Part shown: piece by piece, positions 32,479 through 39,722 of the stretch
Position numbering within the stretch: position 1 is the stretch's first letter
Layout of the letters: every line of letters starts with the position of its first letter
Notes under the pieces: model-generated
Seen by the model: only the letters and a program-made list of their open reading frames with translations
Told to the model about the DNA's origin: nothing
Database searches by the model: none
Program-made: the position numbers and the translations under genes
Assembly: GCA_964397225.1 (NCBI GenBank)
Contig: CAYNHY010000002.1
Span: forward strand, 1-39,722
Direction: 5' to 3'
From: an uncultured Ruminococcus sp.
GTDB lineage: Bacteria; Bacillota; Clostridia; Oscillospirales; CAG-272
DNA: 39,722 bases

Positions 32479-33564
32479 ATGAATAATAAGAAGCTTTACA
32501 TAATCAAGATCGGAAGCAGCTCGCTTACCGGGAAAAACGGCGATATTTCGCGTGAGAAAATACAGACTATCGTGCGCCAGGTCGCAGACGTTCGTGACGC
32601 AGGTCACGACTGCGTTATAGTTACCTCGGGCTCGATTGCCGCGGGCTTTCGCGCACTCGGCTACACTACACGTCCAACCTCCGTTGCCGCAAAGCAGGCG
32701 TCGGCAGCCGTCGGACAGGGACTGCTCATGGAGGAGTATGAGAGATTCTTCGCGGAGCGCGGATACGTTTGCGCTCAGATACTTCTCACACGCGGTGACT
32801 TTACAGACAAGCGCAGATACAAAAACGCATTTGCAGCACTCGAGATACTTCTCAGCCGAGGGGCTGTGCCGATAATCAACGAGAACGATACCATAGCCGT
32901 TGAGGAGCTAAGGCTCGGAGACAACGACACGCTCTCCTCGCAGGTCGCCGCAATGCTTCATGCGGACATGCTGATACTGCTTACGGATACCGACGGGCTT
33001 TATACCGCGAACCCCGCAAGCGACCCCACGGCTCGCCATATTCCGACAGTCGACCGGATCACTCCCGAGATCGAGCGCTACGCGGGCGGCGCCGGAACGA
33101 AAAACGGCACCGGCGGCATGATAACGAAGCTTCGCGGAGCGTCCCTTGCGACGCGTGCCGGAGTCCCTGTGTTCATCTGCTCGTCAAAGGATGAAAATGT
33201 TATAACAAACGCGGTTGCGGGAAGCGCCAAGGGCACGCTCTTTAAGGCGGACGGAAGTCTCAGAACGCGCCTCCAGTGGATGGCGTTCTACGCGCCGTCA
33301 AAGGGAAATATTTATGTTGACCGAGGTGCTGCTGAGGCTGTGGCACATCACGAAAAAAGTCTGCTTTGCGCGGGAGTTACCGCGGCGGAGGGGGATTTTG
33401 CAAGCGGAGATGTAGTTCGCATCCTGACGGCGGGAGACCACGTGTGCCTCGGGCGGGGAATTGCGTCATTCTCCAAAAACGAGATATGCGACATGATAAA
33501 CACGGACGACAGAAAAAGCTGTGTCGTTATAAGAAAGGACGACCTTGTTCTCACGACGCTGTAA
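32479..33564 (+). CDS. proB: glutamate 5-kinase (with C-terminal PUA domain)
   Basis: 361 aa. Motifs are IIKIGSSSLT, VIVTSGSIAAG, NENDT and GTGGMITKL. Confidence 0.93.
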   Translation: MNNKKLYIIKIGSSSLTGKNGDISREKIQTIVRQVADVRDAGHDCVIVTSGSIAAGFRALGYTTRPTSVAAKQASAAVGQGLLMEEYERFFAERGYVCAQILLTRGDFTDKRRYKNAFAALEILLSRGAVPIINENDTIAVEELRLGDNDTLSSQVAAMLHADMLILLTDTDGLYTANPASDPTARHIPTVDRITPEIERYAGGAGTKNGTGGMITKLRGASLATRAGVPVFICSSKDENVITNAVAGSAKGTLFKADGSLRTRLQWMAFYAPSKGNIYVDRGAAEAVAHHEKSLLCAGVTAAEGDFASGDVVRILTAGDHVCLGRGIASFSKNEICDMINTDDRKSCVVIRKDDLVLTTL

Positions 33565-33597
33565 GGAAGATATACGAGCGAAAGGAAGCTTTTTAAT

Positions 33598-34845
33598 ATG
33601 AACGAGATACTTGTAAAGCAGGCGCAGAGCGCGAAGACGGCAGCCGGCGCACTTGCGTGCGCGTCAACAGACGAGAAAAACCGCGCGCTCATGCTTATTG
33701 CCGACGCGCTCGAGTCGCGCGTTGACGAGATACTTGAGGCGAATGGCAGAGACGTTGCCGCAGCCGTCGGGAACGGCACCTCCGCGGCGCTTATCGACAG
33801 GCTCACGCTTAACGAAAAGAGAATTGCCGACATTGCACTCGGCGTGCGTCAGGTCGTCGCTCTCCCCGACCCCGTAGGCGAGGTCATCGAGGAGACGACA
33901 AGACCGAACGGTCTTGTGATAAAGCGCGTTCGCGTGCCGCTCGGCGTTATCGGAATGATATACGAGGCGCGCCCGAATGTTACGGTCGATGCCGCTTCGC
34001 TTTCGCTGAAGGCGGGAAGCGCCGTCATGCTTCGCGGAAGCTCGAGCGCCCTTGAATCGAACAAAAAGCTTACCGAGATAATGCGCGACGCGCTCGCAGA
34101 GAGCAGCCTTCCGTGCGACGCGGTGTCGCTGGTCGACGGACGCTCGCACGATGTGGTCGATGAGATGATGTCGCTTCGCGGCTACATTGACCTTATGATA
34201 CCGCGCGGAGGTGCGGGGCTCATCAGACGCGTCGTTGAAAATTGCCGTGTGCCCGTGCTCGAGACGGGAGTCGGAAACTGCCATATTTACGTTGACCGCG
34301 ACGCGGATGCCGAAATGGCTGAGAATATCCTCATAAACGCGAAGACTCAGCGCCCCGCGGTCTGCAACGCCGCCGAGACTCTGCTCGTTCACGCGTCCCG
34401 CCCCGAGCTTGCAGTAAGGCTCTGCGACGCACTTCGCGCCTCCGGCGTTACCGTACACGGCTGCCCGAGGCTTTGTGCCCTTGTTCCCTATGCCGTTCCG
34501 GTCACGGAGAGTGAGCTTGCGAGTGAATTTCTTTCGCTCGATATGGCTGTGAAGCTTGTCGACAGCATAGATGACGCCATCGCGCATATCAGACGCTACG
34601 GCACGGGACATACCGAGGCGATAATCACAAATGACCGCTCGGCGGCTGACAGATTCATTCGCGAGGTCGACGCGGCGGCTGTGAATGTCAATGCCTCGAC
34701 ACGCTTCACCGATGGCTTCGAATACGGCTTCGGCGCGGAGATCGGTATTTCAACACAGAAGATGCACGCTCGCGGCCCGCTCGGACTTCGTGAGATAACC
34801 TCGTACAAGTTCATCGTCGAGGGCACGGGACAGATAAGAAAGTGA
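33598..34845 (+). CDS. proA: glutamate-5-semialdehyde dehydrogenase (gamma-glutamyl phosphate reductase)
   Basis: 415 aa. It is of the aldehyde dehydrogenase fold, with motifs VIGMIYEARPNVT, CNAAETLLVH and ASTRFTDG. Confidence 0.93.
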   Translation: MNEILVKQAQSAKTAAGALACASTDEKNRALMLIADALESRVDEILEANGRDVAAAVGNGTSAALIDRLTLNEKRIADIALGVRQVVALPDPVGEVIEETTRPNGLVIKRVRVPLGVIGMIYEARPNVTVDAASLSLKAGSAVMLRGSSSALESNKKLTEIMRDALAESSLPCDAVSLVDGRSHDVVDEMMSLRGYIDLMIPRGGAGLIRRVVENCRVPVLETGVGNCHIYVDRDADAEMAENILINAKTQRPAVCNAAETLLVHASRPELAVRLCDALRASGVTVHGCPRLCALVPYAVPVTESELASEFLSLDMAVKLVDSIDDAIAHIRRYGTGHTEAIITNDRSAADRFIREVDAAAVNVNASTRFTDGFEYGFGAEIGISTQKMHARGPLGLREITSYKFIVEGTGQIRK

Positions 34846-34855
34846 GGCGAGGTAA

Positions 34856-35665
34856 ATGAAAATCGAAGGAAAGCTCGCCTTTATCGGCGTCGGCTTCATG
34901 GCGGGCGCAATGATAGACGGAATACTCGGCGCGGGACTTATCGCGCCGGAGAATATATACTGCATAAACGACGCCTTCCCCGACGTCGCGAAAAGCGCGG
35001 CGGAGAGTCACGGAATAGCCTGCCGCACGGCGGAGAGCCTTGCGGAGTGCGACACCGTGGTATTCGGGATCAAGCCCCAGGTGCTTCCGGAGGCGCTTTT
35101 GATGTACGGAGAGTATCTTACCTCCGACAAGCTCTATTTTTCGATAATGGCGGGAATATCGACCGCGCGTCTCGAGGATGCGCTCGGCGGCGCACGCGTC
35201 GTTCGCTTTATGCCGAATATGCCGCTGTCGGTCGGACGCTCGGCTACCGTATACGCGCTCGGAAGCGCTGCGGGTGACGCCGAGGCGGCACTTGCGGAGG
35301 CTGTTTTTGCTCCGCTCGGAATAATCAGACGCGTCGAGGAGGACATGATCTCGGCATATACGGCGCTTTCCGGAAGCGGTCCGGCATATATTTGCCGCAT
35401 GGTCGAGTCCATGGCTCGCGCGGCGGTCACGCTCGGAATTCCCGAGGACGCGGCGGAGGCATTTGCTGTGCAGACGCTCGTCGGAACGGCGCAGGTCATC
35501 GATCAAAACGGAATTTCTCCCGCGACCCTTCGTGCGAGAGTTACCTCGAAGAAGGGAACGACGGAGGCTGCGCTCAACTCGCTCAATGCATCCGATTTTG
35601 ACGTGACGGTCGAGGACTGCATGAAGGCATGCCTCAGACGCAGCGACGAGCTTGCAAAGGCGTAA
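34856..35665 (+). CDS. proC: pyrroline-5-carboxylate reductase
   Basis: 269 aa. It begins with the Rossmann N-terminus FIGVGFMAGAM and carries the C-terminal motif VTSKKGTTEAAL. Confidence 0.9.
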   Translation: MKIEGKLAFIGVGFMAGAMIDGILGAGLIAPENIYCINDAFPDVAKSAAESHGIACRTAESLAECDTVVFGIKPQVLPEALLMYGEYLTSDKLYFSIMAGISTARLEDALGGARVVRFMPNMPLSVGRSATVYALGSAAGDAEAALAEAVFAPLGIIRRVEEDMISAYTALSGSGPAYICRMVESMARAAVTLGIPEDAAEAFAVQTLVGTAQVIDQNGISPATLRARVTSKKGTTEAALNSLNASDFDVTVEDCMKACLRRSDELAKA

Positions 35666-35718
35666 GACTTGAGCTTAGTTATCAATTGCCGCCGAACGGC
35701 GGAGAAACGGAGAATATT

Positions 35719-36921
35719 ATGGCAGAAAAATATCCTTTTTCAATGTGGGTGTACAACCCCACGTCGGACTTTACTACCGATGAGGTCGGGGTGTGGAAGG
35801 AATGCGGAATGACAGTTCCGATGACACCCTCGATCCCATGCAGCGAGGAGGGCGTTCGCGCAGTAAAGCCCTTCCTTGACCGCGCAGCGGAGCTTGGAGT
35901 GAAGATGATCGTCAATTGCGCCGGTCTTTCCTACGGAGACCTCAAGTATATCAGCGAGGAGCAGCTTGAACAGAATCTTCGCACAGTATACGAGCCCCTC
36001 AAGGGTCACCCCGCGCTTTACGGCTTCTTCATCGGTGATGAGCCGAGCGATAAGGAGTCGCTTGAGGCAACAGCCAAGTGCTTTGAGATCCATCACCGCG
36101 TAGCTCCCGAGCTGAAAGCATATGTGAACCTTTGCGGCGACACCCCCGAGCTTTCAAATGAGGTTCTCGGAGGTCGCACACTCGAGGAGTACTTCAAGTA
36201 TATCCGTGAGAAGGGCGCAAGCTTTGCAAGCCTTGACCTTTACGGAAGCATGATCAACGAGAAGACTCTCAGAGATGATATTTACTCACTTAAGGTAGTC
36301 GTCGGTGCAGCCGAGAAGGCTGGTCTCGACATTTGGGCGAACACGCTCTCGAGCGCACACTATGCATTCAGAAAGCCGAACTATCACGAGCTTCTCTGGC
36401 AGATAACCGTTCCCGCAGCCTGCGGCTGCCGCGGTAATATTTGGTTCCGTTTCTACGATCGCAAGACCGGACACGAGTACTTCGGCTCTCCTATCGACGA
36501 GTATGGCAATAAGACTGAGGCATACTACGATATGCTCCGCGCGCAGCGCCGTTTTGCCGATCATTACGGCGAGATAATGCCGACGCTTCGCAGAAAGAGC
36601 ACATATATGCTTGGCGACAACATCACCGATGTTTTCCCGCGCTTTAAGGACGGCGATCACGACCTTGTCAAGGTCAGTGCGGTCTGGGATGACATTCTCG
36701 TCAGCTTCTTCGAGGATGACAACGGACAGGAATACATTTGTGCCGTTAACGCAATGACGAAGATACACGGCTCGGTGAATATCGAGTTCGACCCCGAAAA
36801 ATGTGCCGTTCGCGAGGTCACATTCAACGGCGCGGATATCGGAGGAAGCCCTGAATCCGGTAAGGAAAATATCCCGCTGTACGCCGGACAGATGCGCCTG
36901 TTCAGAATAGACAGAAAGTAA
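35719..36921 (+). CDS. hypothetical protein, possibly glycoside-hydrolase-like TIM barrel
   Basis: The start was re-assigned to MAEKYPFSMW (ATG at 35719), with GGAGA upstream. It is 400 aa. The segment YGFFIGDEP resembles clan GH-A strand-4 motifs, but I cannot assign a family from sequence alone. Confidence 0.5.
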   Translation: MAEKYPFSMWVYNPTSDFTTDEVGVWKECGMTVPMTPSIPCSEEGVRAVKPFLDRAAELGVKMIVNCAGLSYGDLKYISEEQLEQNLRTVYEPLKGHPALYGFFIGDEPSDKESLEATAKCFEIHHRVAPELKAYVNLCGDTPELSNEVLGGRTLEEYFKYIREKGASFASLDLYGSMINEKTLRDDIYSLKVVVGAAEKAGLDIWANTLSSAHYAFRKPNYHELLWQITVPAACGCRGNIWFRFYDRKTGHEYFGSPIDEYGNKTEAYYDMLRAQRRFADHYGEIMPTLRRKSTYMLGDNITDVFPRFKDGDHDLVKVSAVWDDILVSFFEDDNGQEYICAVNAMTKIHGSVNIEFDPEKCAVREVTFNGADIGGSPESGKENIPLYAGQMRLFRIDRK

Positions 36922-36930
36922 AAAAACGGA

Positions 36931-36968
36931 AGGGAGTCTCGACAAAGCTGCGAGACTTCCTCGGTTTT
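36931..36968 (+). terminator. rho-independent terminator
   Basis: An 11-bp stem forms between AGGGAGTCTCG and CGAGACTTCCT, followed by CGGTTTTAT. Confidence 0.6.
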
Positions 36969-37002
36969 ATACGGAGAAAATGCGTTTTTTCTGAAAAAAA
37001 GC

Positions 37003-37031
37003 TTGACAAGTTGGGCGAGCGGTGGTATAAT
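37003..37031 (+). promoter_or_regulatory. consensus sigma-A promoter (TTGACA-17-TATAAT) driving the T-box leader
   Basis: TTGACA at 37003-37008 and TATAAT at 37026-37031. Confidence 0.75.
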
Positions 37032-37039
37032 AACGGCAA

Positions 37040-37314
37040 CTTATTCAAATGCGTTGATGGAATTATTCCTCCGCTTTGCCACATTTCAGAGAGTCGGCGG
37101 CAGGTGCGAGCCGATATTGGCGGTGGATGTGAAGTCTCATTTCGGAGCAGAGTCGTCGAATTACAGTAAACGGCTACGGAGGACCCCGTTATCATGGTCG
37201 GGAGCTTGCCTGAGCTCTGACGAGTTGACCGTTTTTCTTGACGGTAAACAGGGTGGTACCGCGAAGCATTTCGTCCCTGAAATCGGATTATCCGATTTCA
37301 GGGCTTTTCTTTTT
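37040..37314 (+). promoter_or_regulatory. T-box riboswitch leader (probable Leu CUC specifier; Val GUC alternative)
   Basis: Elements seen are the AG box AGAGAG (37088-93), the distal-loop-like GGCAGGTGCGAG, the F box CCGTTA (37186-91), and the T-box core AGGGTGGTACCGCG (37250-63). The antiterminator shares CCCT with a 13-bp terminator, CCCTGAAATCGGA-TTA-TCCGATTTCAGGG, plus CTTTTCTTTTT (37275-37314). Confidence 0.85.
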
Positions 37315-37363
37315 CGCAGACGCCGCAGGCAGAATATTTGATTGAATTCGAAAGGAAAATAAC

Positions 37364-38748
37364 ATGAACAAGGTCAAAATTGCCGATGCCACGCTTTGCC
37401 GTGAAGACAGAAGCTTCAGCTTTAAGGAGAAGCTTGAAATCATCCGCCAGCTTGATCGCATGAAGTGCGACATTATCGAGCTGCCCGAGATCGCAAACCC
37501 GAAAAGTGATATTCTGATGGTGCGTACAGCGTCATCCTTTGTGAAAAACAGCACGCTCTCCGTCGCTGCGGGAAGCTCCGCCGAGAGCATCGAAAATGCC
37601 GCTGCCGCACTCAGCTCGGCGTCCCGTGCGAGAATTAAGATAACACTCCCCACATCGTCTGTCGGTATGGAGTACTTCATGATGAAGAAGCCCGCCGCAA
37701 TGCTTGAGTGGATCGAAAAGGCGGTAAAGCTTGCCGTGTCTCACGTCGCCGAGGTTGAGTTCTGCGCCGTTGATGCGACAAGAGCCGAAAGGAGCTTCCT
37801 TGACGACGCTATCCGCACGGCAGTTGGCGCCGGAGCGTCGTATGTCAGCGTTTGCGACAGCGCCGCCGAAATGCTCCCTGATGCATTTGCAGCCTTCACA
37901 GAGAGCGTTGCAGCCTGTGCCGGCGTTCCCGTCGGTGCATCCTGCTCCGATAAAAACGGTCTGCCGTAGCCTCCCTTACGATGGCGGCTTGCCGCGGTGT
38001 GTCGTTTGTCAAGTGCGCCGTTGACGGTGAGAGCGCGCAGACCGAGACCTTTGCGACACTTGTCAAAAACTGCGGAGAGAGCTTCGGCATCTCCTCCGAC
38101 ATTACCTATACCGAGCTCCACCGTATCACCGAGCAGCTTCGCCGCATTACCGGAAGCGCAAAGAGCGAGAAGTCGGTGAGCGCACCGTCGGCAGACGAAA
38201 ACGACGGAGTCAGCCTTGATGCTTCCGACACCGTCGAAAGCGTTTCCACCGCTGTCGCACGACTCGGCTACGACCTGTCCGATGAGGACTGCGCCCGCGT
38301 TCACGAGGAGATCGGACGCGTCGGTGAGAAGAAGAGGGTCGGAGGTGCGGAGCTTGAGGCGATAGTCGCCTCGGTAGCGCTCCAGGTGCCCGATTCCTAC
38401 AAGCTTGTCAGCTATGTTGTAAACAACGGTAATATTATCAATTCAAGCGCGCAGATCACACTCGAGCGCGACGGACGCACACTTGTCGGCGTCTCTCTCG
38501 GTGACGGTCCGATCGACGCTGCCTTCCGCGCGATAGGTCAGGTCACGGGAAGCAGCTATGAGCTCGATGACTTCATGATTCGCTCCGTAACGGAGGGTCA
38601 GGAGGCTATCGGAAACGCAGTCGTAAAGCTTCGCTTCGAGGGCAGACTGTATTCCGGAAACGGCGTGTCCACGGACATCGTCGGCGCAAGCATCAGAGCA
38701 TACATAAACGCCGTAAACAAGATCGTTTACGAGGAGCATAACGCGTAA
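37364..38748 (+). pseudogene. LeuA (2-isopropylmalate synthase)-like gene with degenerate active site, intact LeuA C-terminal regulatory domain, and one frameshift near 37963
   Basis: Two track ORFs (37364-37969 and 37981-38748) are collinear with LeuA. ...SCSDKNGL (frame 1) continues as AVASLTMAACRGVSFVKCAVDGESAQTE (frame 2), matching HCHNDLG-AVAN...ING-GERAGN. The second ORF has no RBS. The C-terminal segment GDGPIDAAFRAI...GVSTDIVGASIRAYINAVNK is the LeuA dimer/regulatory domain. This could equally be an intact gene with a 1-nt assembly error. Confidence 0.7.
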
Positions 38749-38766
38749 AGCAGGGAGGAGAACGAA

Positions 38767-39722
38767 ATGAAGCTTTCTTTTTCAACAAAGGGCTGGCACG
38801 AGTGCAGCTTTGAGGATTTTTGCAACACTGCGCACGACCTCAAGTTCGACGGAATCGAACTGCATAACGTAAACGGTGCTCTCTTTACCGATCGCGACGG
38901 CGCGTTTCACGATTATTCTGCGGCGGCGACACTGCGTATGCTTTATGACCGCGAGCTTACGATCCCCTGTATCGATACTATCTGCGATATTTCCGCAGAG
39001 GGCGTGACTGATGAGGCTCTCGCCGAGACCGAGAGATGCTTTGAAATCGCACGCTTCTTGCACATTCCGTACATTCGCTTCAGAAGTTGCCGCTGTGACG
39101 ATGACGAGCGCGGAGTCGCGCGCGTCGAGGCGTTCATCGAGCAGGTGCTCCCGCGTGCCGAGGAGCTCGGCATCACGCTTCTTCTCGAGACTTCCGGCGT
39201 TTATCGCGACAGCGCACGCCTTTGCGAGACGCTTGACCGCTTCGCAAGCGACAGCGTCGGCGCACTTTGGAATGTTTCCGAGGCATACTTTGCCGAGAAA
39301 GATCCCGAAGTCATCATAAAGAATCTCGGTGCGTACGTGCGCCTTGTACACTTCAGCGATATCGACGCGACCGACGGCGTAGCCGAGTATCGCCTCGCCG
39401 GCGAGGGTGAGCTTCCCGTTCGTGAGATCGTCTCCGCGCTTAGAAGCGTCAACTACGACGGATTCGTTTCGCTCGTCTGGGATCCCGCATGGTGCGAGGA
39501 GCTTGACGACATGGAGACCGTCCTCACACAGTTCCAGAACTATATGCGTCAGTTCGGAGATCCCTCTCAGAACGAGAAGAACTTCTACTACAACGAGACT
39601 CACACGGGTCGCTTCGTCTGGAAAAAAGACGATCTTATCGACCTCACGTTCTCCGAGGTACTCGACCGCATGGTTGAAGATTTTCCCGATCAGTACGCGT
39701 TTAAGTATACAACTCTCGATTA
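38767..39722 (+). CDS. xylose-isomerase-like TIM barrel (sugar phosphate isomerase/epimerase family) fused to the N-terminus of an AMP-dependent (adenylate-forming) ligase; 3' end beyond the window
   Basis: My own translation from ATG 38767 (RBS GGGAGGAG) stays open to the window end: MKLSFSTKGWHECSFEDFCNTAHDLKFDGIELHN...LLLETSGVY...VRLVHFSD...FVSLVWDP..., then ...DLTFSEVLDRMVEDFPDQYAFKYTTLD. That last part resembles the start of acyl-CoA synthetase-type enzymes. It is absent from the ORF track because it has no stop codon in the window. Confidence 0.7.
   Translation, partial: MKLSFSTKGWHECSFEDFCNTAHDLKFDGIELHNVNGALFTDRDGAFHDYSAAATLRMLYDRELTIPCIDTICDISAEGVTDEALAETERCFEIARFLHIPYIRFRSCRCDDDERGVARVEAFIEQVLPRAEELGITLLLETSGVYRDSARLCETLDRFASDSVGALWNVSEAYFAEKDPEVIIKNLGAYVRLVHFSDIDATDGVAEYRLAGEGELPVREIVSALRSVNYDGFVSLVWDPAWCEELDDMETVLTQFQNYMRQFGDPSQNEKNFYYNETHTGRFVWKKDDLIDLTFSEVLDRMVEDFPDQYAFKYTTLD

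Noticed and set aside
32281-32607. N-terminal extension of track ORF 31555-32607
   Set aside because: It runs through the divergent promoters and into proB. Thioesterase homology begins at MKWLEHY.
33664-34611. 315-aa minus-strand ORF opposite proA
   Set aside because: It is an antisense shadow.
37134-37136. GUC (Val) as the T-box specifier
   Set aside because: It is not fully rejected. GAA-GUC fits the GAA-codon rule but is followed by U rather than the usual purine. CUC-A (37136-39) fits the purine rule and the LeuA-like downstream gene, so Leu is preferred.
38782-39603. 273-aa minus-strand ORF (the only track ORF covering this region)
   Set aside because: The plus strand is open from ATG 38767 to the window end, has a strong RBS and TIM-barrel/ligase-like sequence, and is absent from the track only because it has no stop codon in the window. 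The minus ORF is therefore the shadow.
1-39722. Search by eye for IS elements, integrases, phage genes, toxin-antitoxin pairs, restriction or other defence genes, and CRISPR arrays
   Set aside because: No transposase-, integrase- or recombinase-like ORFs, no terminal inverted repeats flanking gene blocks, and no regularly spaced direct repeats were seen.

Overview
GC-rich chromosomal window from an endospore-forming Firmicute, Clostridia-like by gene content (pro-sigma-E/SpoIIGA, SLH-anchored wall proteins, a T-box leader, many near-consensus sigma-A promoters). No mobile elements, CRISPR arrays or rRNA were seen. Layout, left to right: (1) two minus-strand tRNAs (Tyr, truncated by the window edge; Thr) with their own promoter. 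(2) spoIIGA-sigE on the minus strand. (3) An accessory, envelope-oriented block: a GH36/raffinose-synthase-like enzyme, a very acidic lipoprotein with a (Asp-Tyr)n tail, a beta-lactamase-fold serine hydrolase, and two tandem SLH + parallel-beta-helix secreted proteins. (4) A divergent pair: a P1B-type ATPase with no N-terminal metal-binding domain, and a TetR regulator. (5) A compact dcw cluster, mraZ-rsmH-ftsL-PBP-murE-murF-mraY-ftsW-murG-ftsQ/divIB-ftsZ, which lacks murD and ftsA. Its FtsL, FtsW and DivIB proteins carry long Arg-rich N-terminal tails. (6) A minus-strand operon: acyl-ACP thioesterase, a Nudix::RNase HI fusion, and DUF1294. (7) proB-proA-proC plus an unknown TIM-barrel-like protein. 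(8) The most unusual locus: a T-box riboswitch (probable Leu specifier) in front of a catalytically degenerate, once-frameshifted LeuA-like gene that keeps the LeuA regulatory domain. This is followed by a xylose-isomerase-like TIM barrel fused to the start of an adenylate-forming enzyme, which runs off the window end. The supplied ORF track misses that last ORF and shows only an antisense shadow. Many long antisense ORFs in the track are GC-driven shadows. Several track ORFs are over-extended at the 5' end, and starts were re-assigned from RBS context.
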